Below are positions 1 through 8,816 of a stretch of 32,000 nucleotides of DNA, in pieces. The translations under genes were made by a program, and so were the position numbers. The first letter of the stretch is position 1; every line of letters starts with the position of its first letter. The notes beneath the pieces are model-generated. The model worked only from the letters and a program-made list of their open reading frames with translations, was not told the origin of the DNA and did not search any database. Source of the stretch: Candidatus Hadarchaeota archaeon (GTDB lineage Archaea > Hadarchaeota > Hadarchaeia > Hadarchaeales > Hadarchaeaceae); NCBI GenBank assembly GCA_964514965.1, contig CAZETV010000001.1:150001-182000 (forward strand), read 5' to 3'.

Positions 1-161
1 GGGGATAGCTACTAGTACTTGCACTTAGGAGTTTCATCTGAATCCCATCGAATATTTACTCGAAAGTTAAATAGATGCTCGGCTTATAAGCCTTGTAATA
101 ATAAATTCATGCATAAAATATAAACCTTCGAGTAAACTGTTAGGTTTTAGGTGAGTTTAAA

Positions 162-1088
162 ATGGGTTTCGGACGTGGATTCGGAAAAGTAATACTCTTT
201 AACGAACATTTTGTGGTTTTTCAGGTGCCCTCGATTGTTTCGGCAATCGACAAGATGGCCGCGGCTACCGTCGAGCGCGGGGAGGGCTTTGGCTGGGCCT
301 TGGAAGATGGTAGGCAATCCACCCCAGGATACAAAGAGGAGAAGCTCGAGCAACAGAAGGAATCAATCAACCGAATATTAAAAGCAGCAGGAATAGACCC
401 CACCAAAAATCCAATCAAGATTATCTTCGGCGGAGATTTAGTTGCGGCGAGCGGAATAGGGGCCAGCGCCGCCTCATGCACCGCGCTCGCCCGGGCTCTC
501 TCAGACGAGTTCAACTTGGGGCTTTCAGATGAGCGAATAAATGAGCTAGCCTACGAGGGCGAGAAGGGATATCATGGAACCCCATCGGGAATTGATAATA
601 CCGCGGCGACCTATGGGGGATTGATTTGGTTCGTGAAGGGGGAACCAAACGTGATCGAGCGGATGAAAATAGAGGCGCCCGTCGAGGTGGTGATTGGAAA
701 CACAGGGTTAGTCGCCAACACTAAAGCGGCGGTCACAGGGGTTCGCGAGCGGAAGGAAAAATATCCGGAAAAATATGACAAGAGCTTTAAAGAGGCGGAG
801 GACTTGGCATATAGAGCTCGAAAAGCACTTGAGAGTCATGATCTAAAGACAGTTGGGGAATGCATGGATGAGAATCACAAACAGCTGCAAGCAATCGAGG
901 TTTCGTGCAAGGAGCTTGACTTTTTGGTTGATCTGGCGAGGGACAAAGGTGCATTCGGAGCAAAAATGACCGGGGGAGGCCTTGGGGGGAACATGGTCGC
1001 ACTCACTCCGGGGAAAGAGTTGCAGGAGAAGGTAGCGCGAGCGATGGAAAAGGAAGGCTTCGAGGCCCTGAGGACGAGGATAGGGTGA
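162..1088 (+). CDS. mvk: mevalonate kinase (GHMP kinase family)
   Basis: 308-aa ORF. GHMP motifs are GKVILFNEHFVV (N-terminal), ASGIGASAAS (motif II) and KMTGGGLGGNMVAL (motif III). A GGTGA box lies about 7 nt upstream of ATG 162. Confidence 0.9.
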   Translation: MGFGRGFGKVILFNEHFVVFQVPSIVSAIDKMAAATVERGEGFGWALEDGRQSTPGYKEEKLEQQKESINRILKAAGIDPTKNPIKIIFGGDLVAASGIGASAASCTALARALSDEFNLGLSDERINELAYEGEKGYHGTPSGIDNTAATYGGLIWFVKGEPNVIERMKIEAPVEVVIGNTGLVANTKAAVTGVRERKEKYPEKYDKSFKEAEDLAYRARKALESHDLKTVGECMDENHKQLQAIEVSCKELDFLVDLARDKGAFGAKMTGGGLGGNMVALTPGKELQEKVARAMEKEGFEALRTRIG

Positions 1089-1092
1089 TTTT

Positions 1093-2367
1093 GTGAACTT
1101 GCGAGAGTTTATCAATATTTTGGACAAGAAAGGTCTTTTGATGAAAATTGAGAAGCCCGTTGACATCAAATATGAGATGGCAACTTTAATGAAGATGCTT
1201 GATGGAAAGCCGATTCTTTTCGAGCAGGTTAAGGGTTTCTCTATGCCTGTGATAGCGAACATCTGCTCGTCAAGAGAATTGATTGCGCTGGGGTTGGGTA
1301 TCAAGGAGAGCGAAATCATGGATAAGCTGTCAGAAGCCATTGAGCACCCGAAAGAGCCGAAGGTTGTAAAGGCGGAGGGGTACAAAGAAGTCGAGACAGA
1401 TCTCACGAAGTTCCCTGTCCTGACTCACTACGCTTTCGATGGGGGACCTTACATCTCTTCAGGAATAGTTATCGCAAACGATCCAGAGCTCGGCCTCAAT
1501 GCCTCGTATCAGAGAATGATGGTCATAGGAAAAGACAAAGTCGTGTTAAGAATATTGCCGAGACATTTTGATGAATTCCTAAATCGTGGGGTTCGAGAAT
1601 TCGCGATTTGCATAGGGAATTCCATGCCTGTTTTGGTAGCCTCGGCGGTCTCGTTAGAAATAGGAAAGAGCGAGCTAAGCATCGCGAATGCACTAGCGGA
1701 AACTAATTTAATCGAACTGGCGGGCCACAAGGTTCCTGAGGCTGAGATAATTATGATTGCCGAAATGACGGGAGAGGCGCACGACGAGGGGCCTTTCCTC
1801 GACCTGACGGAGACTCCCGATATCGTGCGCAAGCAGCGGGTGGCGCGGATTAAGAAAATATTCACGAAAGAGAACCCGCTCTATCAAGCTCTGCTCCCTG
1901 GAGCGCTCGAGCACAGAATTCTGATGGGCATGCCACGCGAGCCGACGATATTCAGGGAGGTCAACAAAGTTTGCGAGTGCAAAGATGTCTCGGTGACTCC
2001 CGGGGGATGCTCTTGGTTGCACGCGGTTGTGAGCATCAAAAAGAAGACCCCAGACGACGGGCGGAAGGCAATCGAGGCAGCGTTCAAAGGACACAGGTCG
2101 CTGAAACATGTTTGGGTAGTGGATGACGATATTGATGTGCACAACCCGCATGATGTCGAGTGGGCCATGGCCACTCGGTTTCAGGGCGACAGGGATATTG
2201 TTATAAAAAAGGAGAAGGGCTCGTCGCTTGACCCATCCTCAGACCTTGAGACGCGCATGACGACCAAGATGTGTTTTGACTTGACGATACCTGTGGGGAA
2301 AGATTTGAAGAGTTTCAAAAAACCAGAACTTCCAATGAAATTAAAGCTTAAAGATTACCTACCATAA
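1093..2367 (+). CDS. UbiD-family decarboxylase, probably trans-anhydromevalonate-5-phosphate decarboxylase
   Basis: 424-aa ORF with a GTG start 4 nt after the mvk stop. Length and blocks are UbiD-like (FDGGPYISSG, LRILPRHF, WLHAVVSIKK, EWAMATRF). The specific function is inferred from its position between mvk and the AcnX genes. Confidence 0.75.
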   Translation: MNLREFINILDKKGLLMKIEKPVDIKYEMATLMKMLDGKPILFEQVKGFSMPVIANICSSRELIALGLGIKESEIMDKLSEAIEHPKEPKVVKAEGYKEVETDLTKFPVLTHYAFDGGPYISSGIVIANDPELGLNASYQRMMVIGKDKVVLRILPRHFDEFLNRGVREFAICIGNSMPVLVASAVSLEIGKSELSIANALAETNLIELAGHKVPEAEIIMIAEMTGEAHDEGPFLDLTETPDIVRKQRVARIKKIFTKENPLYQALLPGALEHRILMGMPREPTIFREVNKVCECKDVSVTPGGCSWLHAVVSIKKKTPDDGRKAIEAAFKGHRSLKHVWVVDDDIDVHNPHDVEWAMATRFQGDRDIVIKKEKGSSLDPSSDLETRMTTKMCFDLTIPVGKDLKSFKKPELPMKLKLKDYLP

Positions 2368-2420
2368 ACACCAAAAAAATTTTAAGCTTGTTATTTTAAC
2401 TTTTTTTAAAGGCGATTGTA

Positions 2421-3785
2421 ATGGAAGAAGTTCACGAAGCTCCGCATGCGTTAAGAGAATGGGAACGGGTTGCCGCTCACTCACATATTACAGGACTTGG
2501 TCTGGAGGGCCTGAAAGCTAGGCCGATCGCCACAGGCATGGTTGGCCAAAAAGAGGCGAGAGAAGCTGCTGGTGTCATCGTCGACATGATAAAGAAGGGG
2601 AAGTTCGCTGGGCGGTCGATTTTGCTGGCTGGGCCTCCAGGGACAGGCAAAACAGCCATTGCCATCGCAATAGCAAAGGAACTAGGACGCGATGTGCCTT
2701 TCATGCCCTTCGCAGCGTCAGAGATATATTCGGCCGAGATCAAGAAAACGGAGTTTCTGACTCAAACTCTTAGAAAGGCTATAGGGTTGAGGGTTCACGA
2801 AATGCGCAGGATTTATGAGGGCGAGGTGAAAGAAATCCGCATCGACCAAGAGGCCCACCCATACAATCCGTACACCAAAATTCCAGTCGGCGGCACAATC
2901 AAGCTCGCGACCAAAGACGCCGCCCAACAGTTGAAGATGGACCAATCGTTTGCCGTATCGTTGACCAAACAAAATGTTGAAACCGGCGATGTTGTACAAA
3001 TTGATGCTGATTCTGGCAGAGTTGCAAAGATGGGTAGGTCTAGAGAAGTTGCAGAGAAGGAGAAAGCAGACCTCACCGCAGTTCAGACTGTTGATGTGCC
3101 AAGCGGGCCCGTGCTAAAGCACAAGGAGTTCATTTATCCCATGACCCTCCACGAACTTGACGCGGCTCAATCCCGTGCAGGAGTGAGCATGTTCAGTCTC
3201 TTCTTCGGGGGTGAGGAGCGCAAGGAGATTTCAAGCGAGGTTAGGGCGGGAGTCGACGAAATGGTCAGAAAATGGGTCGAGGAAGGACGAGCAGAATTCT
3301 TGCCTGGAGTCGTGTTCATCGACGAGTGCTCCCTGCTCGACATAGAAACCTTCTCATTTTTGGGTAGGGGGACGGAGCAAGAGCTGGCCCCAATAGTGAT
3401 TTTTGCTACAAACAGGGGTCTGACATCGGTTAGAGGAACAGACCTCAAGTCTCCCCACGGAATGCCCCTAGACCTGCTCGACAGACTTCTCATCATAGCT
3501 ACTAAATCCTACACGAGGGATGAGATTTTTGAAATCTTGAAGATAAGGGCAAAAGCGGAAAAAATAACGCTGACCCCTGATGCGTTGGAATATCTCGCAG
3601 ATATCGGTAGTCAGGCCTCGCTCAGGTATGCAGTTCAACTTTTGGCCCCGGCGTCTGAGGTGGCGGCTGTCGAGAAATCAAAGAAAGTTACCAAAGCCCA
3701 CATCGAAAGGATAAGGCAGCTTTTCATAGACGTCAGGCGGTCTGTAGACTATCTGCGAGATTTCGAGGAAAAAATGCTTAAGTGA
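2421..3785 (+). CDS. TIP49 / RuvB-like (Pontin-Reptin type) AAA+ ATPase
   Basis: 454 aa. Colinear with eukaryotic RuvBL1/2 as I recall them: [61 protein letters not shown] (Walker A), PGVVFIDECSLLD (Walker B), PIVIFATNRG, SPHGMPLDLLDRLLII, LRYAVQLL. It has its own AT-rich upstream spacer at 2368-2420. Confidence 0.9.
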   Translation: MEEVHEAPHALREWERVAAHSHITGLGLEGLKARPIATGMVGQKEAREAAGVIVDMIKKGKFAGRSILLAGPPGTGKTAIAIAIAKELGRDVPFMPFAASEIYSAEIKKTEFLTQTLRKAIGLRVHEMRRIYEGEVKEIRIDQEAHPYNPYTKIPVGGTIKLATKDAAQQLKMDQSFAVSLTKQNVETGDVVQIDADSGRVAKMGRSREVAEKEKADLTAVQTVDVPSGPVLKHKEFIYPMTLHELDAAQSRAGVSMFSLFFGGEERKEISSEVRAGVDEMVRKWVEEGRAEFLPGVVFIDECSLLDIETFSFLGRGTEQELAPIVIFATNRGLTSVRGTDLKSPHGMPLDLLDRLLIIATKSYTRDEIFEILKIRAKAEKITLTPDALEYLADIGSQASLRYAVQLLAPASEVAAVEKSKKVTKAHIERIRQLFIDVRRSVDYLRDFEEKMLK

Positions 3786-3814
3786 TTGAATTAACGTGAT
3801 TTTTAGCGGATGGC

Positions 3815-5002
3815 ATGTACCTAACAAAAGAACAGGAGCAAATGCTCTCTGGAGAGCGGGGAGAAATCATCGAGCGGATGTTTCGTTTGCTCGTGCGCTT
3901 AGGTGACATCTACGGCGCAAACCGGATGATTCTCGTTGGGTCTGTCCAAGTTGCTGGTGTTTCCTACAAGTCAATCGGCGACCCTGGGCTGGAGTTTCTT
4001 GAAGATATCGCGGAGAAGGGAGCCAAAGTTCAGGTGCCGACAACCCTGAACCCACCTGGCATGGATCTTGTTGATTGGAAAGAGCTGAATTTCCCGGAAG
4101 ATTTTGCAAAAAAACAGTTGGAGATAATAGATGCTTTTCGGAAGATGGGGATAATGATAACCGCCACCTGCACTCCATACTTGGTCGGCAACCTGCCACG
4201 TTTTGGAGAGCACATCGCGTGGTCTGAGTCTTCGGCTGTTTCCTTTGCTAACTCGGTGATAGGCGCGCGCACTAATCGGGAAGGAGGTCCCTCGGCGCTC
4301 GCAGCAGCTCTCTGCGGGGTGACCCCAAATTACGGGCTGCACTTGGATGAAAAACGGAAACCGACTGTCATTGTGAAAGTTGACGCCGGGCTAAAGGACA
4401 ACTCCGATTTTGGCGCGTTGGGCTACCACGTCGGGAAGCTCGTCAAGAAAGGGATTCCGTATTTCAAGGGAATCAAGGACGCAGATGTTGACCAGCTGAA
4501 GGCGCTAGGGGCCGCGATGGCAGCGTCGGGCGCGGTCGCTCTATATCATGCGGAGGGGTTGACACCTGAAGCTGGTTTCATAGACACGAAGGGACTTGAA
4601 ACTGTGGAGGTGGGGGAAAAGGAACTGAAGGAAACTTACAAAACACTCAACACCGGGCAGGATCCGGATATCGTAATTCTTGGCTGCCCTCACGCCTCTC
4701 TGAAAGAAATTACGACGCTTGCTTGCAAGCTTGAGGGAAAACGTCTCCGTAAGCCACTCTGGATTTGCACCTCGCGCGTCACAAAGGAGGCAGCAACGCG
4801 CATGGGCTTCACCGAAATTATAGAAAAATCTGGAGGGAAGGTGGTGGCCGACACCTGCACCGTGGTTTCCCCCATCGAGCAAATGGGTTACAAGACCACC
4901 GGAGTCAATTCAGGTAAGGCCGCAAACTATCTCCCCGGTTTCTGCAAGCAACAGGTCGTGTTTAAGAGCCTCGACGATTTGCTGGAGGGACGAACCACAT
5001 GA
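3815..5002 (+). CDS. aconitase X catalytic subunit (DUF521), probable phosphomevalonate dehydratase large subunit
   Basis: 395 aa. The N-terminus MYLTKEQEQMLSGERGE is typical of AcnX/DUF521, and Cys-containing blocks are present (TATCTPY, ILGCPHAS, ADTCTVVSP). It overlaps the next gene in an ATGA junction. Confidence 0.8.
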   Translation: MYLTKEQEQMLSGERGEIIERMFRLLVRLGDIYGANRMILVGSVQVAGVSYKSIGDPGLEFLEDIAEKGAKVQVPTTLNPPGMDLVDWKELNFPEDFAKKQLEIIDAFRKMGIMITATCTPYLVGNLPRFGEHIAWSESSAVSFANSVIGARTNREGGPSALAAALCGVTPNYGLHLDEKRKPTVIVKVDAGLKDNSDFGALGYHVGKLVKKGIPYFKGIKDADVDQLKALGAAMAASGAVALYHAEGLTPEAGFIDTKGLETVEVGEKELKETYKTLNTGQDPDIVILGCPHASLKEITTLACKLEGKRLRKPLWICTSRVTKEAATRMGFTEIIEKSGGKVVADTCTVVSPIEQMGYKTTGVNSGKAANYLPGFCKQQVVFKSLDDLLEGRTT

Positions 5003-5382
5003 AGGGTCGAATGATTAGCCCAGGGAAGGCTCGAGGCGAGGCTATAGTTTCGAAGGAGCCGATAGGGTTCTACGGCGGGATAGACCCGAAAACTGGTGTG
5101 GTCATCGAGAAAGGGCACGAGCTCGAGGGCAAATCGGTGAAGGATAAAATTTTGGTGTTTCCACAAGGGAAGGGCTCCACGGTTGGGTCCTACATCATCT
5201 ATGGTCTGAAAAAGAACGGGGTGGCGCCGACCGCGATAGTCAACAAGGAAACGGAAACCATTGTGGCGACGGGAGTAATCTTGGCTGGAGTTCCTTGCGT
5301 TGATGGAATTGACATTGACAAAATCAAGACAGGGGATAAGTTGAAAGTCGATGCGGACGAAGCTATGGTTGAGGTCGAATAA
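4999..5382 (+). CDS. aconitase X swivel-domain subunit (DUF126), probable phosphomevalonate dehydratase small subunit
   Basis: 127 aa. Pattern GKARGEAIVSKEPIGFYGGIDPKTG...ILVFPQGKGSTVGSY...GVAPTAIV is typical of the AcnX small subunit. The start is coupled to the large subunit through a 4-nt overlap. Confidence 0.78.
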   Translation: MKGRMISPGKARGEAIVSKEPIGFYGGIDPKTGVVIEKGHELEGKSVKDKILVFPQGKGSTVGSYIIYGLKKNGVAPTAIVNKETETIVATGVILAGVPCVDGIDIDKIKTGDKLKVDADEAMVEVE

Positions 5383-5383
5383 A

Positions 5384-5620
5384 ATGACTGGACCCGCTGA
5401 AAGTAAAATTGAGATCAAGGCAAAGGTTTACATCCACAAGCGTGACCCGCTCACACGTTCAAAAATACCTCACATCGACATCGAGGCGCCGATATTGAAC
5501 GAAATTATCAAACCCAATGAAGCAACCTTCGTGAGCGGCAAGCCAGGCGGGGTGTTCATCGGGCTTAAGCGGGAGATGCTGGCGAGACTAGAGAAAGTTC
5601 TAGAGCGATTGGAGAAATAA
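5384..5620 (+). CDS. hypothetical 78-aa protein, coupled to the AcnX small subunit
   Basis: ATG 5384 lies 1 nt after the TAA at 5380-5382. A GAGGT box sits 8 nt upstream, inside the preceding gene. The C-terminus is helical (REMLARLEKVLERLEK). I recognise no family. The track's 5351 start would overlap the upstream gene. Confidence 0.5.
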   Translation: MTGPAESKIEIKAKVYIHKRDPLTRSKIPHIDIEAPILNEIIKPNEATFVSGKPGGVFIGLKREMLARLEKVLERLEK

Positions 5621-5649
5621 GTTTAATATCGAGCCGTCAAATTTTACTC

Positions 5650-5721
5650 GGGCCCGTGGTCCAGTGGTTAAGACATCACCCTCACACGGTGGCTACCGGG
5701 GTTCGAATCCCCGCGGGCCCA
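5650..5721 (+). tRNA. tRNA-Val (anticodon CAC)
   Basis: 72-nt cloverleaf folded by hand. Acceptor GGGCCCG/CGGGCCC, D arm GTC..GAC, anticodon stem TCACC/GGTGG with loop CT-CAC-AC, 4-nt variable loop, T arm CGGGG-TTCGAAT-CCCCG, discriminator A. No CCA is encoded. Confidence 0.85.
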
Positions 5722-5784
5722 CTACCAGTTACGAAGACCTTAACAGGTCAGACAATTAGTTCCATTATCCATGGGTGATGTACT

Positions 5785-6764
5785 GTGGTTGAAAATGTGA
5801 TTGAGACAAAAGGGCTCAAGAAGACTTTCACTTCCAAGGGTAGAGGTAGAAAAAAAGAGGTAGAAGCAGTCAAGGGTATAGACCTCACTGTGAAAAAGGT
5901 GAGATTTTTGGTTTCCTCGGCCCGAATGGCGCTGGTAAGTCTACAACACAAAAAATGTTTTCCACATTGTTGTCCCCCACCGGTGGAGAGGCGAAGATAC
6001 TCGGTTACAGCTTGGCGGAACAACAGGAACAGATTAGACAGAACATCGGATGCGTGAGTCAAGCCGGTGGAGCAGATCTGGTTTCTACAGGTCTCGAGAA
6101 TTTGGTTCTCCAAGCCCAACTGTACGGTTTAGACATTTTGACTGCAAAGAAATACGCGGCGGAGTTCATAGAGCATTTCCAGATGAGCTCGTTCATTGGG
6201 CGACCGGCCTCGTCCTATTCTGGTGGCCAAAAGCGCCGTTTAGATGTTGCACTTGGGATGATACATCACCCGCAACTACTTCTCCTCGATGAGCCGACAA
6301 CGGGCCTTGATCCGCAAAGTAGGGCGTATCTGTGGGGGGAGATAAAGAAATTGAAAGCCCAAGGTGTCACGATATTTTTAAGCACTCAATACATGGACGA
6401 AGCTGACAAGCTCTGCGACACGATAGCCATCATAGATAACGGAAAAATCATCGTGAGCGGAACGCCAGCAGAGCTGAAGAGCAATGTGGGCGGTGACATG
6501 ATAGAGTTTACTTTTTCATCGAAGAAGACCGCTCGAAATGCTGAAGCCCTGTTAACCAAGAAGATTGGGGTAGAGGGGGTCCAAACCAAAAAAAGTTCCA
6601 TCCATCTGTATGTAAGGAATGGGGGAAAAAAGATGCCAGGCCTCCTGCGGTTACTAGATGCCAAAAACCTGAAGGTGCAGACCATCACGTTTTCCAGACC
6701 GAGTTTGGATGACGTTTTTCTAAAGTATACAGGTCGCTCACTGAGAGAGGATGAAAGAAAATGA
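5785..6764 (+). CDS. ABC transporter ATP-binding protein (ABC-2/DrrA-like), reading frame broken near 5893-5899
   Basis: The N-terminal strand (IETKGLKKTFTS...VEAVKGIDLTVKK) is in the frame starting at GTG 5785. Walker A ([16 protein letters not shown]), the signature (YSGGQKRRL) and Walker B (LLLLDEPTTGLD) are in the frame of ORF 5955-6764. That frame is open only from 5850 and has no start codon before 5955. A -1 shift at GTG AAA AAG G gives ...[22 protein letters not shown]. Confidence 0.8.
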
Positions 6765-7525
6765 TCAAGATGTTACACGACACAAAATTAATGTTCATCC
6801 GCAACATGCAGCACACGCTCCGGTACCCTGTTTTTATACTGGCGAGCATGTTCCAGCCCCTCCTTTACTTGATTTTGTTCATGCCGCTCCTGAACGGTCT
6901 CGGCGGAGTTCCAGGCCTCCCCTCAGGAAAAGCAGTGGAGGTTTTCATTCCTGGGCTTTTAGTGCTGCAAGCGCTCTTCGGCACGGCGTTCGTAGGATTC
7001 TCACTCATCGATGATATCAGGACAGGAGTTATAGAGCGATTCCTTGTAACTCCAGTAAAACGTCCGGCAATTCTTTTGGGCAGAGTTCTAAGGGATGCGG
7101 TCATCCTCGTGTTGCAATGTATTTTAATTACATTGTTTGCTATCCCATTCGGGTTGAGCGTAAACTTGGGCGGATTTTTGCTCTCTCTGTTGTTATATGC
7201 CCTGATCGGAGTTACTATGGCATCTATATCATACGGTTTCGCTCTTATCTACAAAATTGAGGACCCCCTCGCCCCGACGTTAAATATCATAACGCTACCT
7301 GTTTCTCTGTTGTCAGGCATTATCCTTCCTCTTGTGCTTGCCCCCATCTGGCTTCAATACTTAGCAAAAATCAATCCATTCTCGTACGCGGTTAATGCAG
7401 CGCGTGCACTGTTTGCAGGTAACTTTCAGAACATCGAAATCATGGAAGGGTTCGTCGTCATCAGCTTGCTTGCAATCATAGTATTCCTGTGGGGGCTGAG
7501 GTCACTCAAAAAAATGGCGTCGTGA
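6761..7525 (+). CDS. ABC-2 type transporter permease
   Basis: 254 aa with about 6 hydrophobic spans. ATGA overlap with the upstream ATPase gene. Length and topology match the ABC-2 (DrrB-like) type. Confidence 0.8.
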   Translation: MIKMLHDTKLMFIRNMQHTLRYPVFILASMFQPLLYLILFMPLLNGLGGVPGLPSGKAVEVFIPGLLVLQALFGTAFVGFSLIDDIRTGVIERFLVTPVKRPAILLGRVLRDAVILVLQCILITLFAIPFGLSVNLGGFLLSLLLYALIGVTMASISYGFALIYKIEDPLAPTLNIITLPVSLLSGIILPLVLAPIWLQYLAKINPFSYAVNAARALFAGNFQNIEIMEGFVVISLLAIIVFLWGLRSLKKMAS

Positions 7526-7626
7526 GTATGAAATTTATAGATTGGTCGGAGTGACCGCCAATATTTAGAACTCTACCGGCAATCTGTGAGTGTTCTCGTC
7601 CTTCTAGAAATTCCCAGCGAGTCGGG

Positions 7627-8799
7627 TCATTGATTTATATGCACTACTTTTGGCGGCGGGAGACCGTTGAAGTATGTTGCCGATGCTATAGAGTACGCTC
7701 CGATGTTCTCGGCGTAAACCAGGTCGTCTATTTCCAGTTCAGGCAACTCATCGGACAGCGATATAGTGTCGAAAGCATCGCATGTCGGCCCGAACGTCGC
7801 GCTGATCTTTTTCTCGCCCTCTTTGAACGCCTTTATCGAGTAATTACAGTGGTCGAACACCTTGCCAGAAAAGCTGTGATAAACTCCGTCGTTCAAATAG
7901 TAGCACGGTTTCCCGTCCCTAACCGCTTTCCCTATGACCTTGGCCACTAACGTGCACGCGTTTGCCACAAGGAATCTTCCCGGCTCTGCCAGCACTTCTA
8001 TGTCGGGCGGGAACAACCGTTTCACTTCGGAATTGATTTTTCTCGCCAACGTCTTGAATGATTTTACGGAGGGGTTATACTTTACGGGGAATCCGCCACC
8101 GATGTCCAGTAGCTTCAGCTTTCTCCCTCTTAGTTCCACTTCTTTGAGAATAGATGACGCCAAATTAAGCGCCTGCACATAGTTGTCGAAATTCGTGCAT
8201 TGGCTCCCCACGTGGAAGCTCAGCCCTTCCACTACAAGCCCCTCCTTGAACGCCTCCTCGATTAAATCCACCGCCTCTCCGGGATGCGCCCCGAATTTTG
8301 AGGATAGCTCCACCATCGATCCCGTGTTCGGCACTCTTATCCTGAGCGCCAATCCCGCGTTAGGGGCGTACTTTTTTATCTTCTTTATTTCATCGATATT
8401 GTCATAGGTTACCAATGGCTTGTACTGATTCAACAATTCAAGCGTTTCCGCCGGCTTTATTGTGTTGGCGTAAATCATCTTGTCCCATATGTAATCCTGC
8501 CTTTCCTTGCCAGGGAGGTCTTTTATTCTATCGTAAACGAGCATGAATTCCGGGAACGATGCCACATCAAAACTCGAACCGACCTTGTACAGCGTTTTGA
8601 TAATCTCCGGGTTGGGGTTTGCTTTTACGGCGTAGTATACCTGAACGTTTGGCAGGTGCTCCCTGAATTCGCGGTAGTTCTGCCGTATCTTTTCATGGTC
8701 GATTATGAAGACCGGAGTACCATTCTCTCTCGCTATTCGCTGTAACAATTCCTTATCTATATCCTCTTCAGTTTTCGTCCTAATCGCCGTCCCAACCAT
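7627..8799 (-). CDS. PLP-dependent group IV decarboxylase, ornithine (or lysine) decarboxylase-like
   Basis: 390 aa. Motifs: YAVKANP (PLP lysine), LLDIGGGFP (Gly-rich loop), AEPGRF, FGPTCDAFD (active-site Cys). Lies 17 nt downstream of the homospermidine synthase gene on the same strand. Confidence 0.85.
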   Translation of the reverse strand: MVGTAIRTKTEEDIDKELLQRIARENGTPVFIIDHEKIRQNYREFREHLPNVQVYYAVKANPNPEIIKTLYKVGSSFDVASFPEFMLVYDRIKDLPGKERQDYIWDKMIYANTIKPAETLELLNQYKPLVTYDNIDEIKKIKKYAPNAGLALRIRVPNTGSMVELSSKFGAHPGEAVDLIEEAFKEGLVVEGLSFHVGSQCTNFDNYVQALNLASSILKEVELRGRKLKLLDIGGGFPVKYNPSVKSFKTLARKINSEVKRLFPPDIEVLAEPGRFLVANACTLVAKVIGKAVRDGKPCYYLNDGVYHSFSGKVFDHCNYSIKAFKEGEKKISATFGPTCDAFDTISLSDELPELEIDDLVYAENIGAYSIASATYFNGLPPPKVVHINQ

Positions 8800-8816
8800 G
8801 GTTATTATTTTTAAAC

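Noticed and set aside
1-37. Possible 5' end of a minus-strand ORF (MKLLSASTSSYP...) leaving the window
   Set aside because: Only 12 codons are visible, there is no convincing SD box, and it cannot be evaluated.
81-92. Perfect 12-bp palindrome GGCTTATAAGCC upstream of mvk
   Set aside because: It is a single short palindrome containing a TATA-like core. It is more simply part of the mvk promoter, with no second copy or partner site in the window.
843-1406. 187-aa minus-strand ORF spanning the mvk/UbiD junction
   Set aside because: It is antisense to two genes with clear family motifs and shows no motif or start context of its own. The same reasoning applies to the antisense ORFs inside hss (8951-10300), trpB2 (15966-16834) and the NatB-like permease (17069-18371).
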